Assembly (NCBI RefSeq): GCF_009914755.1
Contig: NC_060935.1
Length of the DNA stretch: 64,000 bases
Source: the human T2T-CHM13v2.0 reference genome, Homo sapiens
Reading direction: 5' to 3' (one strand)
In this document: in pieces, positions 31,065-45,326 of the stretch
Position numbering within the stretch: position 1 is the stretch's first letter
Layout: each line of letters starts with the position of its first letter
Notes under the pieces: model-generated
Told to the model about the DNA's origin: nothing
The model's input: only the letters and a program-made list of their open reading frames with translations
Databases searched by the model: none
Translations under genes and position numbers: made by a program

Positions 31065-34000
31065 AAAATTCTATACATATAAGATCTAAATGTGCTTTTC
31101 CAAGAAAATTCTCATACTACGCATGCTAATTTTTAGTCTCCTTTTTACAACTTGTAGTTCTGTTATGTTGAATGTTATATGTTATATATTTGTTTAATTG
31201 TTATATACTTGCAATTAACATTTATATATTTGCCTTGTATAAGTCAAACTTGGTAAACTCATGATATTTTGAGTTTTGTAGAATTTATCACATTTCTTAC
31301 AAAGATGACCAAAACCTCATGAATAAAGCATGTTACCTCTTTATTTCCAATTTGTAGAACTTTTATTTCTTGTATTTGCCTTATAATAATAACTAGAAAA
31401 TGCATTACAATGTGAAAATAAGTTGCCAGGTTATGGCAGACATTTTTACCTTCTAATCTTAAGGGAAAAAGCATTTAGTTTTTCACTATTTAGTTTGATG
31501 TAAGTTGTAGAGTTTTTAACTATATGCCCTGTAAAAGCCTCATGATATTCTCATCTATTCCTAATTTTCTGGTAATTTTTATGAACAACAGATGTTAAAT
31601 TTGTCAAATTCCTTTTCTGTATATACTGAGGCAATCATGCAGGTTTTTAAAAATTTTTTGTTAGTTAATGAAATAAATTATTTTGGTTATGTTTTTGTGT
31701 TAAAACAATCTTTCCATCCAGGGATAGACCTAATTTGGTCATTATATATGTCTACTAAGGAATTTATCTAATTGTTGGATACAGTTGTTGGACACAATTT
31801 ATCTATTTATCCAACGATTGAATAAATTAGCATACATAAGTAATTTACTTAGTATATATACATCTCCTCACAAGATGGAGAGAGAGGACTCACTGTAGAT
31901 CCTTCTAGTCCTCTCTCTCCATCTTGATATTGGAATTTTTTCTTTTCTAACTTTTTTTTCTCTGATGAGTCTGGTGGCTAGAGAATAATACATTTTATTA
32001 ATTTTTCAAAGAAAAAGGTTTTGCTGTCATAAAGTGTCTTCTATTATTGTCTTCTATTTTATTGCTTTCTTACCTCATCTTTATCAGTTATTTTATTCCA
32101 GTAGCTTTGGATTTCAACTGTTATTCTTCTGGTTTCTTAATAAAGAAGCTTAGGTTATTAAGTCGATAAATTTCTTCTTTTATAATACAGGTAATAGTTA
32201 TTGAATGCCATAAATTTTTCCATTTTCATTATTTTGCTGAATCAAACAAATTTTATATGTATTTTTTAAAATTTCCATTTATCGTAAAATAATTCCAAAT
32301 ATTCTCCTATTAATCCATGGTTTATTAGAAGTGTATTGCTTAGTTACAATGTGTTGGTATTTTTCAAATACATTATTACTTTTTTTTATTTAATTTTATC
32401 ATGGTCACAAAATACACTTTGCATTAGTCAAATCGGTTTAAATTTATTTTACTTATTTTGTGGTCCAGAATATTGTCTATCTTATTAAAAGTTGTATGTT
32501 AACTTGATAAAAATGAGTATTCTGCCATTTTGAGGGTGGTGTTCTATAAATGTCAATTATATCACATTGTTGACAGATTTTTCAATACTTCATATCCATT
32601 TTGATTCGCTGTCTACCTTTTTATCAATTTGTAGAAGCACTGAAATCTCTCAAAATTATTAACAGAATACTTACAAGTATTCTATTGTCTATTCTTAAAA
32701 TTATCTATTTGTTTTTCATTCTGCAGGTTTTTCAGCTCTGTCAGTTTTTTACTTAAGTTTTTTAAGTTCAGTACTTCTTGAAAGTGTTGAAAGACAGAAA
32801 ATTCTATTGTCTAGTCTTATAATTGTCTATTCTTTGATTTAGTTCCATAAGTTTTTCACTTCTTTAAGTTTTTTATTCATGTTTTGTAAAGCTCTGTTAT
32901 GTAGAAATGCTGTGTCCTTGAACTATCAAAGTCTTTAGTAATGTGTAACAACTGTCTTTGACCTTGGTATAATTCCTTCCTCTGCCATCTACTTCTTCTG
33001 ATATTGATATAATTACTCCAGCTTTTTTGCTTAGTGTTAGCATGGTATGCTATTTCCCATCATTTTATTTTTAAATCCTTTACTTTCTCTTTTAATCAGG
33101 TTTCTTATCTGCAACATATCATTAGATTTTGTTTTTTAAATAAGCTCTCAATTTATGATTTTTAGTTGGGGATATAGAATAGTTACATTTAATTCAATTA
33201 TGTATAAAGCCTGGTTTAAATGTATTTTCTTGTTTTCTATTTGTCCCATTTCTGGTTTGTTCAATTTTTTTGCTTTATTTTGATTATTTGAGCATTCTTA
33301 TATTTTATCTTCTTTATTAGCCTACTAGCTATATTCCTTTGTTTTGCTAATGTTTACCTTAGCATTTCTAATGAAAATCTTCATCATAGTTTTTATTCTA
33401 TAATATTAAACCATTTCACATAGAGTACAAGGATAGTCATTTTCTTCTCCTAGTTTTTATTATCTTGTTATATTTTCGAAATCTGTATGTCTTAATAAAC
33501 CTCACACTATATTATTATTATTTTTGCCTCTAATAATTGTCTGTTAAAGAGACTTAAATAGTACAACAATTACATTTACTGAAATAACAATTTTCAGTAC
33601 TCTTCATTTATTTACATAGATCCAAGTTTCTATCTTGTATAAATTCCCTTCTGCCTAAAAGACTATGTTATTTTTTAAAGTCTAGTTCTGGTGATGATTT
33701 TTTTTAATCTTTTGCATGTCTGAAAAACCCATTAATTGAATCATTGGGTTTGAAATAAAATTTCCTTTGGTATGAAAGTCTAAGTTGACTCTTTGAGCAA
33801 TTTAATGATATTAATCCATTCCTTTTTGGCATGTATTTCCTTCAATAAATCTGTCATTATTATCTTTGTTTCTCTGCACATAATAAATCATTCATTGTAG
33901 CTGTTTTAAAGATATTTTTAAAGCATGACTGGTTTCAATTTATTTAACTAAGTTGTTCTTAGATATAGTTTTTATCATTTTTATGAACATGGTAGGTTAT

Positions 34001-34364
34001 TTTAGCTTATATAATCTGTGAATTTACAGTTTTATCAAGTTTGAAAATTTTTCAACCAATACTTTTTAAATGTTTTTTTCTATCTCCTATCTCTCTTCCC
34101 TATTTTGAAGATTCAAATTTCATGTTTATTAGGTTGCTTAAAATTATCCTACAACTTAAGACAATATTGTTTGTTAGTTTTTTTAATCTTATGGCTCTTT
34201 ATATCACTTGTTGCTGTTTCATCAAGGTCATTAAAGATATTTTATTCTACGTTATATCTAATCTGTTGTCATTTTGAGTATTCCACAAATTTAACACATG
34301 CATTCTATTTTTTGTCTATAATACTTCAATTGGAGTTTTTTGTTTTGTTTTGTTTTTCACTTTC

Positions 34365-34720
34365 TGTCTTAGTTCATTTGGGCTTCTATAACAAAATACC
34401 ACAAACTGAGTGGTTTATAAACAACAAAAATTTATTTCTCATGGTTCTGGAAGTTGGAAAGTCCAAGGTTAGGAAGCTGACAAATGTAGTGTCTGGTGAA
34501 GATTTATTTTCTTATTTATAATTGGCTCCTTCTAGCTGTGCTCTCCCATTGTAGAAGAGAGGGGCTTGGGCCTCTTTTAAAAGGGTCTTAATTCCATTCA
34601 TGAGGGCTCTGCCTCCATGACCCAATCACGTCTGAAAGATCCCACCTCCTAACTTGGTCACATTTGGAATTAAGACTTCAACTTATGAATTTTGGGGAAA
34701 CAAACATTCAGAGCATAGCA
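34365..34720 (-). mobile_element. MLT1A/MLT1A0 MaLR solo LTR
   Basis: tgtcttagttcatttgggcttctataacaaaataccac ... tgaattttggggaaacaaacattcagagcatagca. Confidence 0.9.
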
Positions 34721-36639
34721 TTCAAAAATATGGCAAATTCTATATTTCTCTTTGTCACACTTACGCTTTTTTCTACCTTCTTGAATATATTGATTATAAT
34801 TCTATCACTTGTTCCAGTATTATTTTCTATTAAATCTATCATTTATCATGTCCTTGGTTCTATTGAGTTATTTTTTTCTCATTATGCCTCATGTTTTTCT
34901 GATTCTTTTACGTCTTATAATTTTTTACTGTATGTCAAGTCTTACGATTTTTACCTTTTTAGGTACTAGATAACATTTTTTCACCTTTAAATTTTGCAAT
35001 CTTTTTTGTGAGATGGTGTTAAATAATTTATTCATAGTAAAATTAACATTAATACAGTAATGTAAGCATGTATTATCAAAGGCAAGGTAAGAATAAAAGA
35101 GATTGTTGATTAGATGACTATATTCTATAAGTCAATCAATAAAAGTTAAGACTCACAAACATAGCTAGAAAAATGGGAAACAGAGAGAAAGAGAAAAATA
35201 AAAAAAAAATTGTTAGGAGTAAGAATATCTGCAGGAATAGCAGAATATAAAATGTTGTTTTTATATTATTTGTATCTGTAATGCTACATATGACTTATTA
35301 ATTACAAAATTATACCTATCACAGCAGTATCTAAATTCCTCAATAAAATACGAAAACCACACTTTCTTTGACGTGATGGCATTTGTGGTTATTATAGGAA
35401 AGTATACATTCTGGTTGATATCAGTCAGTGACAACAGTAAATACATAGGTATCAAATAGAATAATTTCCAAAATGTAAAAGTAACAGAATTGAACATAGA
35501 TTTGACTATTCTTTTGAACAGAGTCATTTGAAAAGAGTCATTTGGTGCTCTTGTGACTTCTTTTCCCAAGAGCTTCTTATTACATGTCATATGGTAGCAT
35601 TTTTATTTCCTTGGCTAGGAACAACTTGAAATGAGGTGACAGCAACTCTTAAGAGAATTGCCTGTGTGTTTTGCTGAAATTTAAATGTAATGCTACTTAA
35701 CTTTTCAGGTATCCTGGGAATATTCCTAACTGTTTCTCCATATTTCTACTTGCTTCAATCAGTATTCTATTAGGTATAATGGTTTTGTGGAGCTCAGTCA
35801 TAAAATTTGATTTCTAGGTTTTTCCATCATGCTGCGTCATTAAAAGACAAAGAGCCGCTTTACACAACTTACTAGAAAACATTAGGCAAAAATTTCTTTT
35901 TATGATAGGGAATGAAGTCAATCTTGCAAATCTTGCTAGATATTGTCTAATATTAACTTTAATGAAAAGCAATTCTCATCACCACTAGTAGATCATCAAG
36001 GATCTCTTATGGGTTTAGTTGAGCTTGCTCAAAGAGAAGCTCTTGACAGTATTGCATGAATTTTGATATGCCTAAGCTGCGAAGATCATATTTAGAAAGC
36101 AAGTTGAAGTATGATTAAAAGCAGCTAAGTAATATTCAGTAAATTGGTCTTGGCTCTATGCAGAGTAATTCATCAGAATTTATGTGGTTTAGAGAGATAT
36201 GGAGGCAGCTAGTGTTTTGATTTCAGACTAATACTTCAAACTCACTGGAAGTTACAAATGATCTAAGGTATAATAATGTCATATGAAATGCATTCTTACT
36301 AAAAATTTAAACTGAATCTTCCCAATAAGAGTTTGAGGAAATTTATAAAAGGACATACTCAGTAAGATGGATAAACTAGAAAAAAATTCAGTGTACAGAG
36401 GATAAAGGGGTTGTTATCTCCAAAAACTAGACCCATGTGATGACTACATCCAGCGTTAATTTTATTCCTGATCCATTTTCAAGTCAAGGTTAAATAAAAT
36501 GTATATATATATAAAATTTATATGTATAACACCACATCATATTATATATTTATATTTCATTTTATAGATGCATATATTTTTGTACATATATTAATTTTTC
36601 TCTATAATTATAAAAGTTGGAATGTATTAGTTTAATATT

Positions 36640-36832
36640 TTAATATTTACTAAACATAGTCAGGTCATTATGTTCTCATTGAATTCTCAGAACAAACTTG
36701 TGTGTTAGGTATTCTGATATTCTCTGTTTTATAGTAAAACAAATAGAGCTTTCAAGAGGTTAAAGAAAATTGCCCAAAGTCATACAGTTGTGTATGCTAG
36801 AAACAGGTCACAAATTTAGATGTGTCTAACTC
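36640..36832 (-). mobile_element. MIR (MIRb-like)
   Basis: ctcattgaattctcagaacaaac...gaggttaaagaaaattgcccaaagtcatacag...gtctaactcc. Confidence 0.8.
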
Positions 36833-37419
36833 CGTAATTTGAGTATAATTTTGTCAGAAGATAAGAGCCAGCAGCCCCTAGGGCTTAATGATATGATGGC
36901 TCTATAAAAGGTCATTAAATTACATAATGGGCTATGGTTACAACAATTTTTATTGCTATTATTGTATTTTGGGGCAAGATGGTTTTAGACAACTAGTGGT
37001 ATAAATTTCAAATGTTTAAGTCTTGTGTTTACTAACATTGCAATTACGCATATAACACAAATTTCTGTACATGAAAGTGAAACAAAATACATAGATTACT
37101 GTAAGCCTCAGTGTCCACATATTTAAAACTGTAATAATAATAACTAATTCCATGTGTTTTGGAATGTTTACAAATGAAAATATGTGTAAATCTTCTAACA
37201 TAGTTACTCATATACTCTGACGTTCAATATATAACTAGATCTCTTTCCAGTTTCCTCCACTATTTATGAATAAAGAAATTCCTTGCGTGAAAAGCATTTC
37301 CAGAGTTACTCCACAACATAGGCCAGAAATGATTAACCACAACTGATTGATTTTTTTTCTGACTTTATTGATAGTATTGAATTATCCATCATAAATTTCT
37401 AATAAACAAATGTCTCAGT

Positions 37420-37550
37420 GGTGTTATATATCTTCGTATGCTAAAACTACATTTTCTAGGATCACTTTTCCTGTATATTTGCAGATTAGAAGTGGGAAAA
37501 AGAAGAACTGGGACTAGATTAGAAAAACCCAAGAAAAACAGCAGTCATTG
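37420..37550. mobile_element. Possible LTR33-like ERV-L LTR fragment
   Basis: gctaaaactacattttctaggatcacttt...actgggactagattagaaa resembles LTR33. Confidence 0.4.
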
Positions 37551-37591
37551 CTATTGGAAGCTAATCACAATCAGAGACAATTACAATCTCA

Positions 37592-37960
<369 letters not shown>

Positions 37961-38680
37961 AAAAAGGATATTTTGGGGAGGAGTTCTTTATTTTTATTTC
38001 CCCAAAATATGAGCCGATAGGAATATTTCATTTGGGTATTGAATTGGCTACAAGAAAGAGAGAAAGAAGAGAAAAATAAACATAATTTATATGTATACAT
38101 TTCCTGCAAGGTGAGCCATTCATCAAATAGATGAATTTACCAGGAATAATTCATATCTTATTAATAAGAACCTATATTTGTGTTTTAAGTTCTTTGTAAT
38201 GATGGTGAACATTTTAAGAAAACCAATAAAAAATTAATGACTGGGGCAGAAAATTTAAAACTTCTATTTCAAAGAGGAAGAGGAAAATGATTCTGTTTTC
38301 TAGAAGGGATTCAGTTTACTTTTTCTTATTTGTACATTATGTTTCATGGTATTTTATATAGATAAATGGCATCACAGCATATCATAATAGAATTGATATA
38401 TAGGGCTGAGAGTTATAAATGTATGTTCTCTTAAAGTGCAGAATTCCTATTTTCGTGAACCACATGAACTATAATTTATTCATGAAATGTAATCTGAGTG
38501 GCTCAGGAAAGCATGGCGAATTTCTGATCTTTGAAAGGTTGGCTTTTAGAAGGACAGGTAATTTATTACGTCTATGTGACTTCATTGATAGCATAAATCA
38601 CTCTTTCCCATATCTCTTCTCTTAACCCCTACTCTGATTCATATATACCATGAAGTGTCAGGTGAAGTTTTAGATGTGAC

Positions 38681-39201
38681 GAAAGGAAGAAAGAAAGAAA
38701 AGGAAGGAAGGAAAGAAGGAAGGAAGGAAATAAGGATGGAAGGAAAGAAGGAAGGAAGGAAAGAAAGAAGGAAGGAAAGAAGGAAGGAAGGAAAGAAGGA
38801 AGGAAGGAAAGAAAGAAGGAAGGAAAAAAGGAAGGAAGGAAAGAAGGAAGGAAGGAAGGAAAGAAGGAAGGAAAGAAAGAAGGAAAGAAAGAAGGAAAGA
38901 AGAGGGAGGGAGGGAGGAAGGAAGGAACGAAGGAGGAGGGAGGGAGGGAGGAAGAGACGAAGGAAAGGAGAAAGAGAGGGAGGGAGGAAAGAAGGAAGGA
39001 AGGCAGGCAGCCAAGAAAGAAGAAAAGGAAAGGAAAGGGGAAAGGAAAGGAAGGGGGAAAGGAAAGGAAAAGGGAAAGGAAAGGAAAAGGAGAGGAAGAA
39101 AGGGAGGGAGGGAAGAAAGAGGAGAAGGAGGGAAGGAGGGAAAAAAGAAAAGGCAGGCAGGAAGGAAGGAAGGGAGGAAGGGAGGAGAAAGAGAGAGAAA
39201 A
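38681..39201 (+). repeat. Compound polypurine low-complexity tract (GGAA/GAAA/GGGA/GGAAA)
   Basis: ~520 bp, almost purely A/G. Confidence 0.97.
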
Positions 39202-39724
39202 TATTTAGTCTTGAAATTAGTTTAAGGGTGCTGTATACCTGATTAGCAAGGAATTCATATTGATGATGTTTGAAACATTTATTTATCCTAAGATATTCAG
39301 CTAATTCAAGTAGTTAAGATTGTCTACAAAGGTGAAATGATGCAGTTTTATGATTAGAGGTTTTAAAAGAATCATTCAGCTAGCCTTGGCCTTAGAATAT
39401 CAAGTTTGACTTATCTCTATTTGCAAATGAATGAAAGGTTTGTGAAACAAATCAGCAGAGACAGGGCTAGGGTGCTTTCTTAGAAGGCCAATACATGAAT
39501 TTAGCAAAAATAAAATAAAAATTTCTTGAATAAGAAAATCTTATTTTCTCCTATATGCTTGTGGGTGATCAGGAAACATTTTAGGAAATAATAAATCCTT
39601 GTGATATAGGTGCTATTTTGTTTTAGACAATCAATGGAACAAAACAGCTACAGCCAAAGTGAAGGACACTGTATAATTTTTTTTCCCCAAAATGTGACTC
39701 TTATTATTCAAACTCTACCAGCTC

Positions 39725-39900
39725 CACTAGCACTCTACTCCGATCCCAGGGGTCCACAAATACAGCATGAGACAAACCCTACCTCTGCTTTAATAGTAAT
39801 ACATGGGAAAAGACTGAGACAAAGATATTTGCAGATGGAGATTGATTACTGTTTAGGAAGGGTTAGGGAATCTGCAATACAGAGGAAGAGGTGGAATTCC
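39725..39900 (-). mobile_element. L2 fragment
   Basis: gcactctact...atgagacaaaccctacctctgctttaatag; ggaagggttagggaatc. Confidence 0.45.
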
Positions 39901-39923
39901 AACAAGATTAAAAAAAATAAAAA

Positions 39924-40035
39924 TAGAGGGGCCTATTTATTCTGATTTATCTGGGACTGAATGTTTCTGATATTTGGGATTTTCAATGCTTAAAGGAGAA
40001 AATTTTCAGGCCAATTGAGATTATTGGTTACCCTA
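39924..40035 (-). mobile_element. MER81 hAT-type MITE
   Basis: ~112 bp with TAG...CCCTA ends; gggactgaatgtttc, gggattttcaatgctta, ttggttacccta match the recalled MER81. Confidence 0.7.
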
Positions 40036-40132
40036 ATGGGGAGAGATGGAGAAAAATTAAAATATGCAAAAGTTTCATTTAAGCTACCTGCTGAAGTCTT
40101 AAATAGTTTTGAGTTGGGCTCAAGAGTTTTAG

Positions 40133-40490
<358 letters not shown>

Positions 40491-40579
40491 TGAACAAAAA
40501 CTTGTTTATCAATAACTCCTTAAACTTTCTTAGGTTCCCACTAGGTATTTGCTTTGAGAAAACATGTATGTATGAACAT

Positions 40580-41160
40580 ATAATAATTATAGAAATATAA
40601 TCATATTTTATTATTTTATGTAACTGCAAAATCTTCCCTTATCCATACTTCATTTTAATCATAAATATACATTGAATAGCTATGTAAATGTTAATATTAA
40701 TATAACTCTTCAACATAATTTTGCCTTTCAGTTATATCCAGTCTAATGTGTTTTTTATTTTTAATAATAGATGATTCATTAATTAGTATCTTCTTACAAC
40801 ATAGCATGTTGTGTCTGTTGAGTTAAAATCCACAATAAATTTCTGGGGTTGGATCACAATGTATTTACACATGTATGTCTTTATGACTACAGTACAGTGA
40901 CTTTTTACTTTACTACTTTCAAAAGTTTATACCAGTTTCAAATGCTAACTTATGAGTCAACTGAATTTATAATTCAATTTTACTGAAACTTTGTTAGTAA
41001 TGCATACATTGATATTTTTCCTAAAATTTTCCTAGTGCAAAAATAGAACCTCAAGGTTATTTTAATAAACATTTCTTTGATCATTCCCAAGAGTGAACAG
41101 TTCTTAACGTGTATCTACATTTTGTTTTTTGTAATTGCTTCTTTGCATTCATTTAAGTTT
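40580..41160 (-). mobile_element. Very old L1ME-like fragment
   Basis: ctttcaaaagtttataccagtttc; ggttattttaataaacatttctttgatc...gtgaacagtt. Confidence 0.55.
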
Positions 41161-42334
41161 TAAAATTGCCATACCAAATGTGAAAGATTACATTTAGGCA
41201 TTGTCTTTTTTTGGTAGTTATGCATTTAATTCAAGGCTAAAAGAGAAAAAAAAATTGTTTGGCATTTCTACTTGTAACACTGTTACAGTCATTAGGATAA
41301 ATGGCATATCATGTCACAGTGAGTGATATTTGATAAATGATGGGGACAGTTGGAGAACAAAACTATTTAAATTTTGTTTAGAGCTTCAATAATGGCAGAT
41401 GCTCATTTCCTCAATCTGTCTTATTGACTAAATTTGAAATGACTAGCAGGCAAAATACAATTAAAGAAAAAAAGCATGATAAATGAACATTTAAAAGGCA
41501 AAGTCAAGGATATAAACATGCAATGATTCCCTTGAAACATTCCTTTTAAATAGACAGAAAATAATTCTCCTGAACTTCATAATATAAGTAATATAGAATT
41601 TGGCTTTAGAGTGTAATTGATTGCACTGTTTACAGGAAAACATGAATTAAGAGAGAAGAAAATAAGGATGAGACATAAAAAAGGAGCAGAATTTTGGAAT
41701 TATGCTATAAGAACGATAAAGAGAGACATTGAGCTGTTAAGAATATTATAAACCATCCATTTATAATTTCTCCTTGTTTTTCTAGATCGTGAGAGCAAAA
41801 ATGACTAATACTTATGTGAGAATTAATAAATAACATATCTGGATTAGGAATGCCTAAGAGTTGACTAGTGTGCAGTATAATTTTTATTTGGCTAAAATTA
41901 AATGCCCTCTTTCTCTTGAATTAAGTAGAAGACAATATAATAGAAGGCAAATGCAGAATAAATATTCTGAAGGAGTGGGTGAGTTATGTCCCCCTGGTTA
42001 TGTTTCCTAGTTTGGTTGATTCAACACCCCCTGTAAAGGCCTGCATTGAGGCCAACTCATGGTACTTAATACTTTGGAACTATCTCCACCTATGCAGGAA
42101 ATTTTTGTCTTCTAGCTAATATGGATGAAGGTGTTTCTTCTGTCACCTGGCCTGGCAAATCGGCACTTTTAATACATTTTTGTATAGTTGGAAAAAATAG
42201 TTCTGAGTATTAATAAGTGTGTGTCCTGACACCTTTTGCTTGTGATGATTTTCGAGGATGAGTGGAGATGGATGTTATAAGAACTCAGTTATCCTTCCAG
42301 ATGATCTAAACTTTCAGTCTATTGTAGTCATGAA

Positions 42335-42500
42335 GAACCAACTTCAAATCTCAACTTCACCATCTCCCAGTTGGTGTGGATTCTTACAAGTGGCTTAATA
42401 TTTCTGGGTCTCATTATTCCCCATATATAAAACTTGCATAAAATACTGTGTGCCATCAATAGGAGGATAAAAATGAGTTCTCTGTTAGAAATATTTTAGG
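42335..42500 (+). mobile_element. MIR
   Basis: ttcaaatctcaacttcaccat...caagtggcttaatatttctgggtctcattattccccatatataaaa. Confidence 0.7.
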
Positions 42501-42671
42501 GAATAAAGCTTGATTCCTGGGAGAAAAGTAGCTCCTGTAATGTAGTGTTTTGTTTCCTTGAATTTAAGTTGCTTTAAATAGTGGTAGTGGTGGAGGTGGT
42601 GTATATTCTGAGGACAGTTGCTCTCTGTGGATATGTACTGTAGTATCAAAAAGTCCTTTCCTTAGTGTGAG

Positions 42672-42820
42672 GCTCATAGTATTTTAGAAAAGTACGAAAA
42701 ACAGCAGATGCAACCTCTTACTACACAGATAAAAAGATGGAGGGCCAGGGAGGGAAAAGATTTTCCACAGATACCAAGTAAGTGAGGCCCAAACTCAGTT
42801 ATTCTGATTTTCCAAGGATA
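42672..42820 (-). mobile_element. MIR3/MIRc-like fragment
   Basis: caacctcttactacacagataaaaagatggagggccagggaggg...tctgattttcc. Confidence 0.5.
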
Positions 42821-43280
42821 CATGGGTACTCTCAAAATTACTTCTTGTCAGTCAATTCTAAAATTGCTAGTTACAGAATGAGGTACTTCAGGTAATCAAC
42901 ATTTAGTGTCCGAAATATTTCATCTGCTCTTATCATTTGTCTGTGTTTTCTGGATGATTGCCTTAATGTTCAATTTACTTTGACTATGCGATTATACTTA
43001 CATTTGGAAGGTTAGTTAATGATTCTAACAAATTCTGGAAACAATCTTAACAGTAGGCTAGTCCACTGGAGGTCAAACATCGCTAAACACAATGCAAGGA
43101 GAGAATGAGATATATGTACATATCTCCTATATATTTTTTTTGAGAGAGAGAGAAAGGCATATATGTTTATATGTATATGCCCCAACATAAATGTACTCAG
43201 AATATGAATTCACACACAAACATGTTTAGTATTGCAATTTGATTTTCTTTTGTAATTCTGATTCATGAAATTTTCCAGAT

Positions 43281-43402
43281 TTCTATTTATTTAGTTTTTA
43301 AAAAAATTTCTTTTATCGTAAGTTCCAGGATACATGTGCAGGACATGTAGGTTTGTTACTTAAGTAAACATGTGTCATGGTGGTTTGCTGCACATATCAA
43401 CC
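43281..43402 (-). mobile_element. Very short L1PA (PA8-11-like) 3' end insertion
   Basis: aagttccaggatacatgtgcaggacatgtaggtttgttac...gctgcacatatcaacc; flanking CCAGAT at 43275-43280 and 43403-43408. Confidence 0.88.
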
Positions 43403-43799
43403 CCAGATACTTTGTTCTCGAAAAATACCTGTAATGGTTGTATAATTAAGCATTTTAATGTATCATATTATTAAGAATTTTTTGTTGTCATACATTTTTA
43501 TTTGTCCGAAATTTCATGATTAAAATTAACATTTGAAGGAAGACGGATTCATATAAATTTCAATAATATTTTTTAAAATTGCGTATGTGTTGCTTTTTAA
43601 GGATAAATTTATAGGAGAATTATCCTCTCTATGTATAGAACTTTAAGTTATCACGATAGACACATTGTCAAAGTGGTAAACTACATTTAAATGCAGCATG
43701 CAGAGATATATTAATAAAAAGTACATATTTTGAAAGTAATTAGCTTAAATACCATAATGGATTTCTATTACTATCAGAATAAAATGCACAATTCTAAAC

Positions 43800-44210
43800 A
43801 TAATGTAGACATGTATTACCTGAGTTATCTGGATAAGTTCAATATAATCACAAGGGTTCATATAAGACAGAGGCAGGAGGGTCAGAGTCAGTTGAGATAT
43901 GATTACAGAAGCAGAGGTCAGAGAGAGACAGAGAGAGAAAAAGTTAACAGTGGTACATTGCTAGTTTTGAAAATGTAAGATGGGGCTATAAGCAGAGTAA
44001 TGCAGATGCCCTCTAAACCTAGAAATGGCAAGAAAATAGATTTTCCTCAGAAGCCTCCAGAAGCAATGCAGCCCTGCTGACAACTTAATTTGAATTTTGT
44101 AAGACTCGTTTTAGATTTCTGATTTCAATAAATTTTCTATAATAAACTTACATTATTTTAAGCCATTACATTTGTGCTACTTTGTCAAAGCACTAATATA
44201 AAACTCATAA
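43800..44210 (+). mobile_element. MLT1D MaLR LTR, 5'-truncated
   Basis: aatataatcacaagggttcatataag...gagggtcagagtcag; agcctccagaagcaatgcagccctgctgac; ttttaagccattacatttgtg. Confidence 0.85.
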
Positions 44211-44530
44211 AAAAATGCTTATTTAAATATTATGTTTTATATATTTAGTATAAATATATATGACATAGTATATACACTCTCCTTGGAATGAATGAATGTA
44301 CAGATAGGCATAGGTAGATGAATAGATGGATAGAAAAATGTAAATACATATGCACAGATATTCACACATTTATACAGATGTATGTGTTTATATATAAAAG
44401 ATATATTGATAATTAGAATGTTATTAACAAAACTTCAACTTTCTTTGGCATGGCCACATGCTCACTTACAGAACTACACACTTTCTATTCATCCTTGCCA
44501 TGTTTCCATGTGATTATATTACAGACTATG

Positions 44531-44891
44531 TGATACGGTTTGCCTGTGCCCCCATTCAAATCTCATTTGAATTGTGACTCCCACAATTCCCATGTGTCAT
44601 GGGAGGAACCCAATAGGAGGTGACTGAATTATGGGTGTGGGTCTTTCCTGCACTGTTCTTGTAATACTAAATGAGTCTCACAAGATCTGATGGTTTTAAA
44701 AATAGGAGTTTCCCTGCAAAGCTCTTTCTTTGCCTCCTGCCTATAAGATATGCCTTGCTCCTCCTTGCCTTCCACCATGATTATGAGGCCTCTCAGCCAT
44801 GTGGAACTGTAAGTCCATTAAACCTCTTTCTTTTATAAATTGCTCAGTCTTGGGTATGTCTTTATCAGCAGAGTTAAACTGGACTAATACA
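44531..44891 (+). mobile_element. THE1 (A/B-like) 5' LTR
   Basis: tgatacggtttg...caaatctcatttgaattgt...ggactaataca. Confidence 0.93.
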
Positions 44892-45326
44892 GTACATTAG
44901 TACCAGGAGTGGGGTGTTGCTGAAAGGATACCAGAAAATGTGGAAGCAACTTTGGAGACGGGTAACAGGCAGAGATTGGAACAGTTTGGAGGGCTCATAA
45001 GAAGACAGAAAAATGTAGGAAAGTTTGGAACTTTCTAGACACTTGTTGCATGGCTTTGATGAAAATGCTGATAGTGATATGAACAATAAGGTCCAGGCTG
45101 AGGTGGTCTCAGATGGAGATGAGGAATTTGTTGGGAGCAGGAGCAAAAATAACCCTTGTTATGTTTTAGCAAAGAGACTGGTGGCACTTTGTTCCCGCCC
45201 TAGATATTTGTGAAACTTTGAACTTTAGAGAATTGATTTAGGGTATCTGGTAGAAGAAGTTTCTAAGCAGCAAAGCATTCAAGATGTGACTTGGGTGCTA
45301 TTAAAGGCATTCAGTTTTATAAGGGA
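44892..45326 (+). mobile_element. THE1-int 5' portion, truncated
   Basis: gtaccaggagtggggtgttgctgaaaggatacc...aatgtggaagcaactttgg; ORF 45025-45213 NADSDMNNKVQAEVVSDGDEEFVG is typical of MaLR-int. Confidence 0.92.

Noticed and set aside
38655-39242. 195-aa K/E/R/G-rich ORF and its antisense partner
   Set aside because: A purine tract almost without T cannot contain stop codons; artefact.
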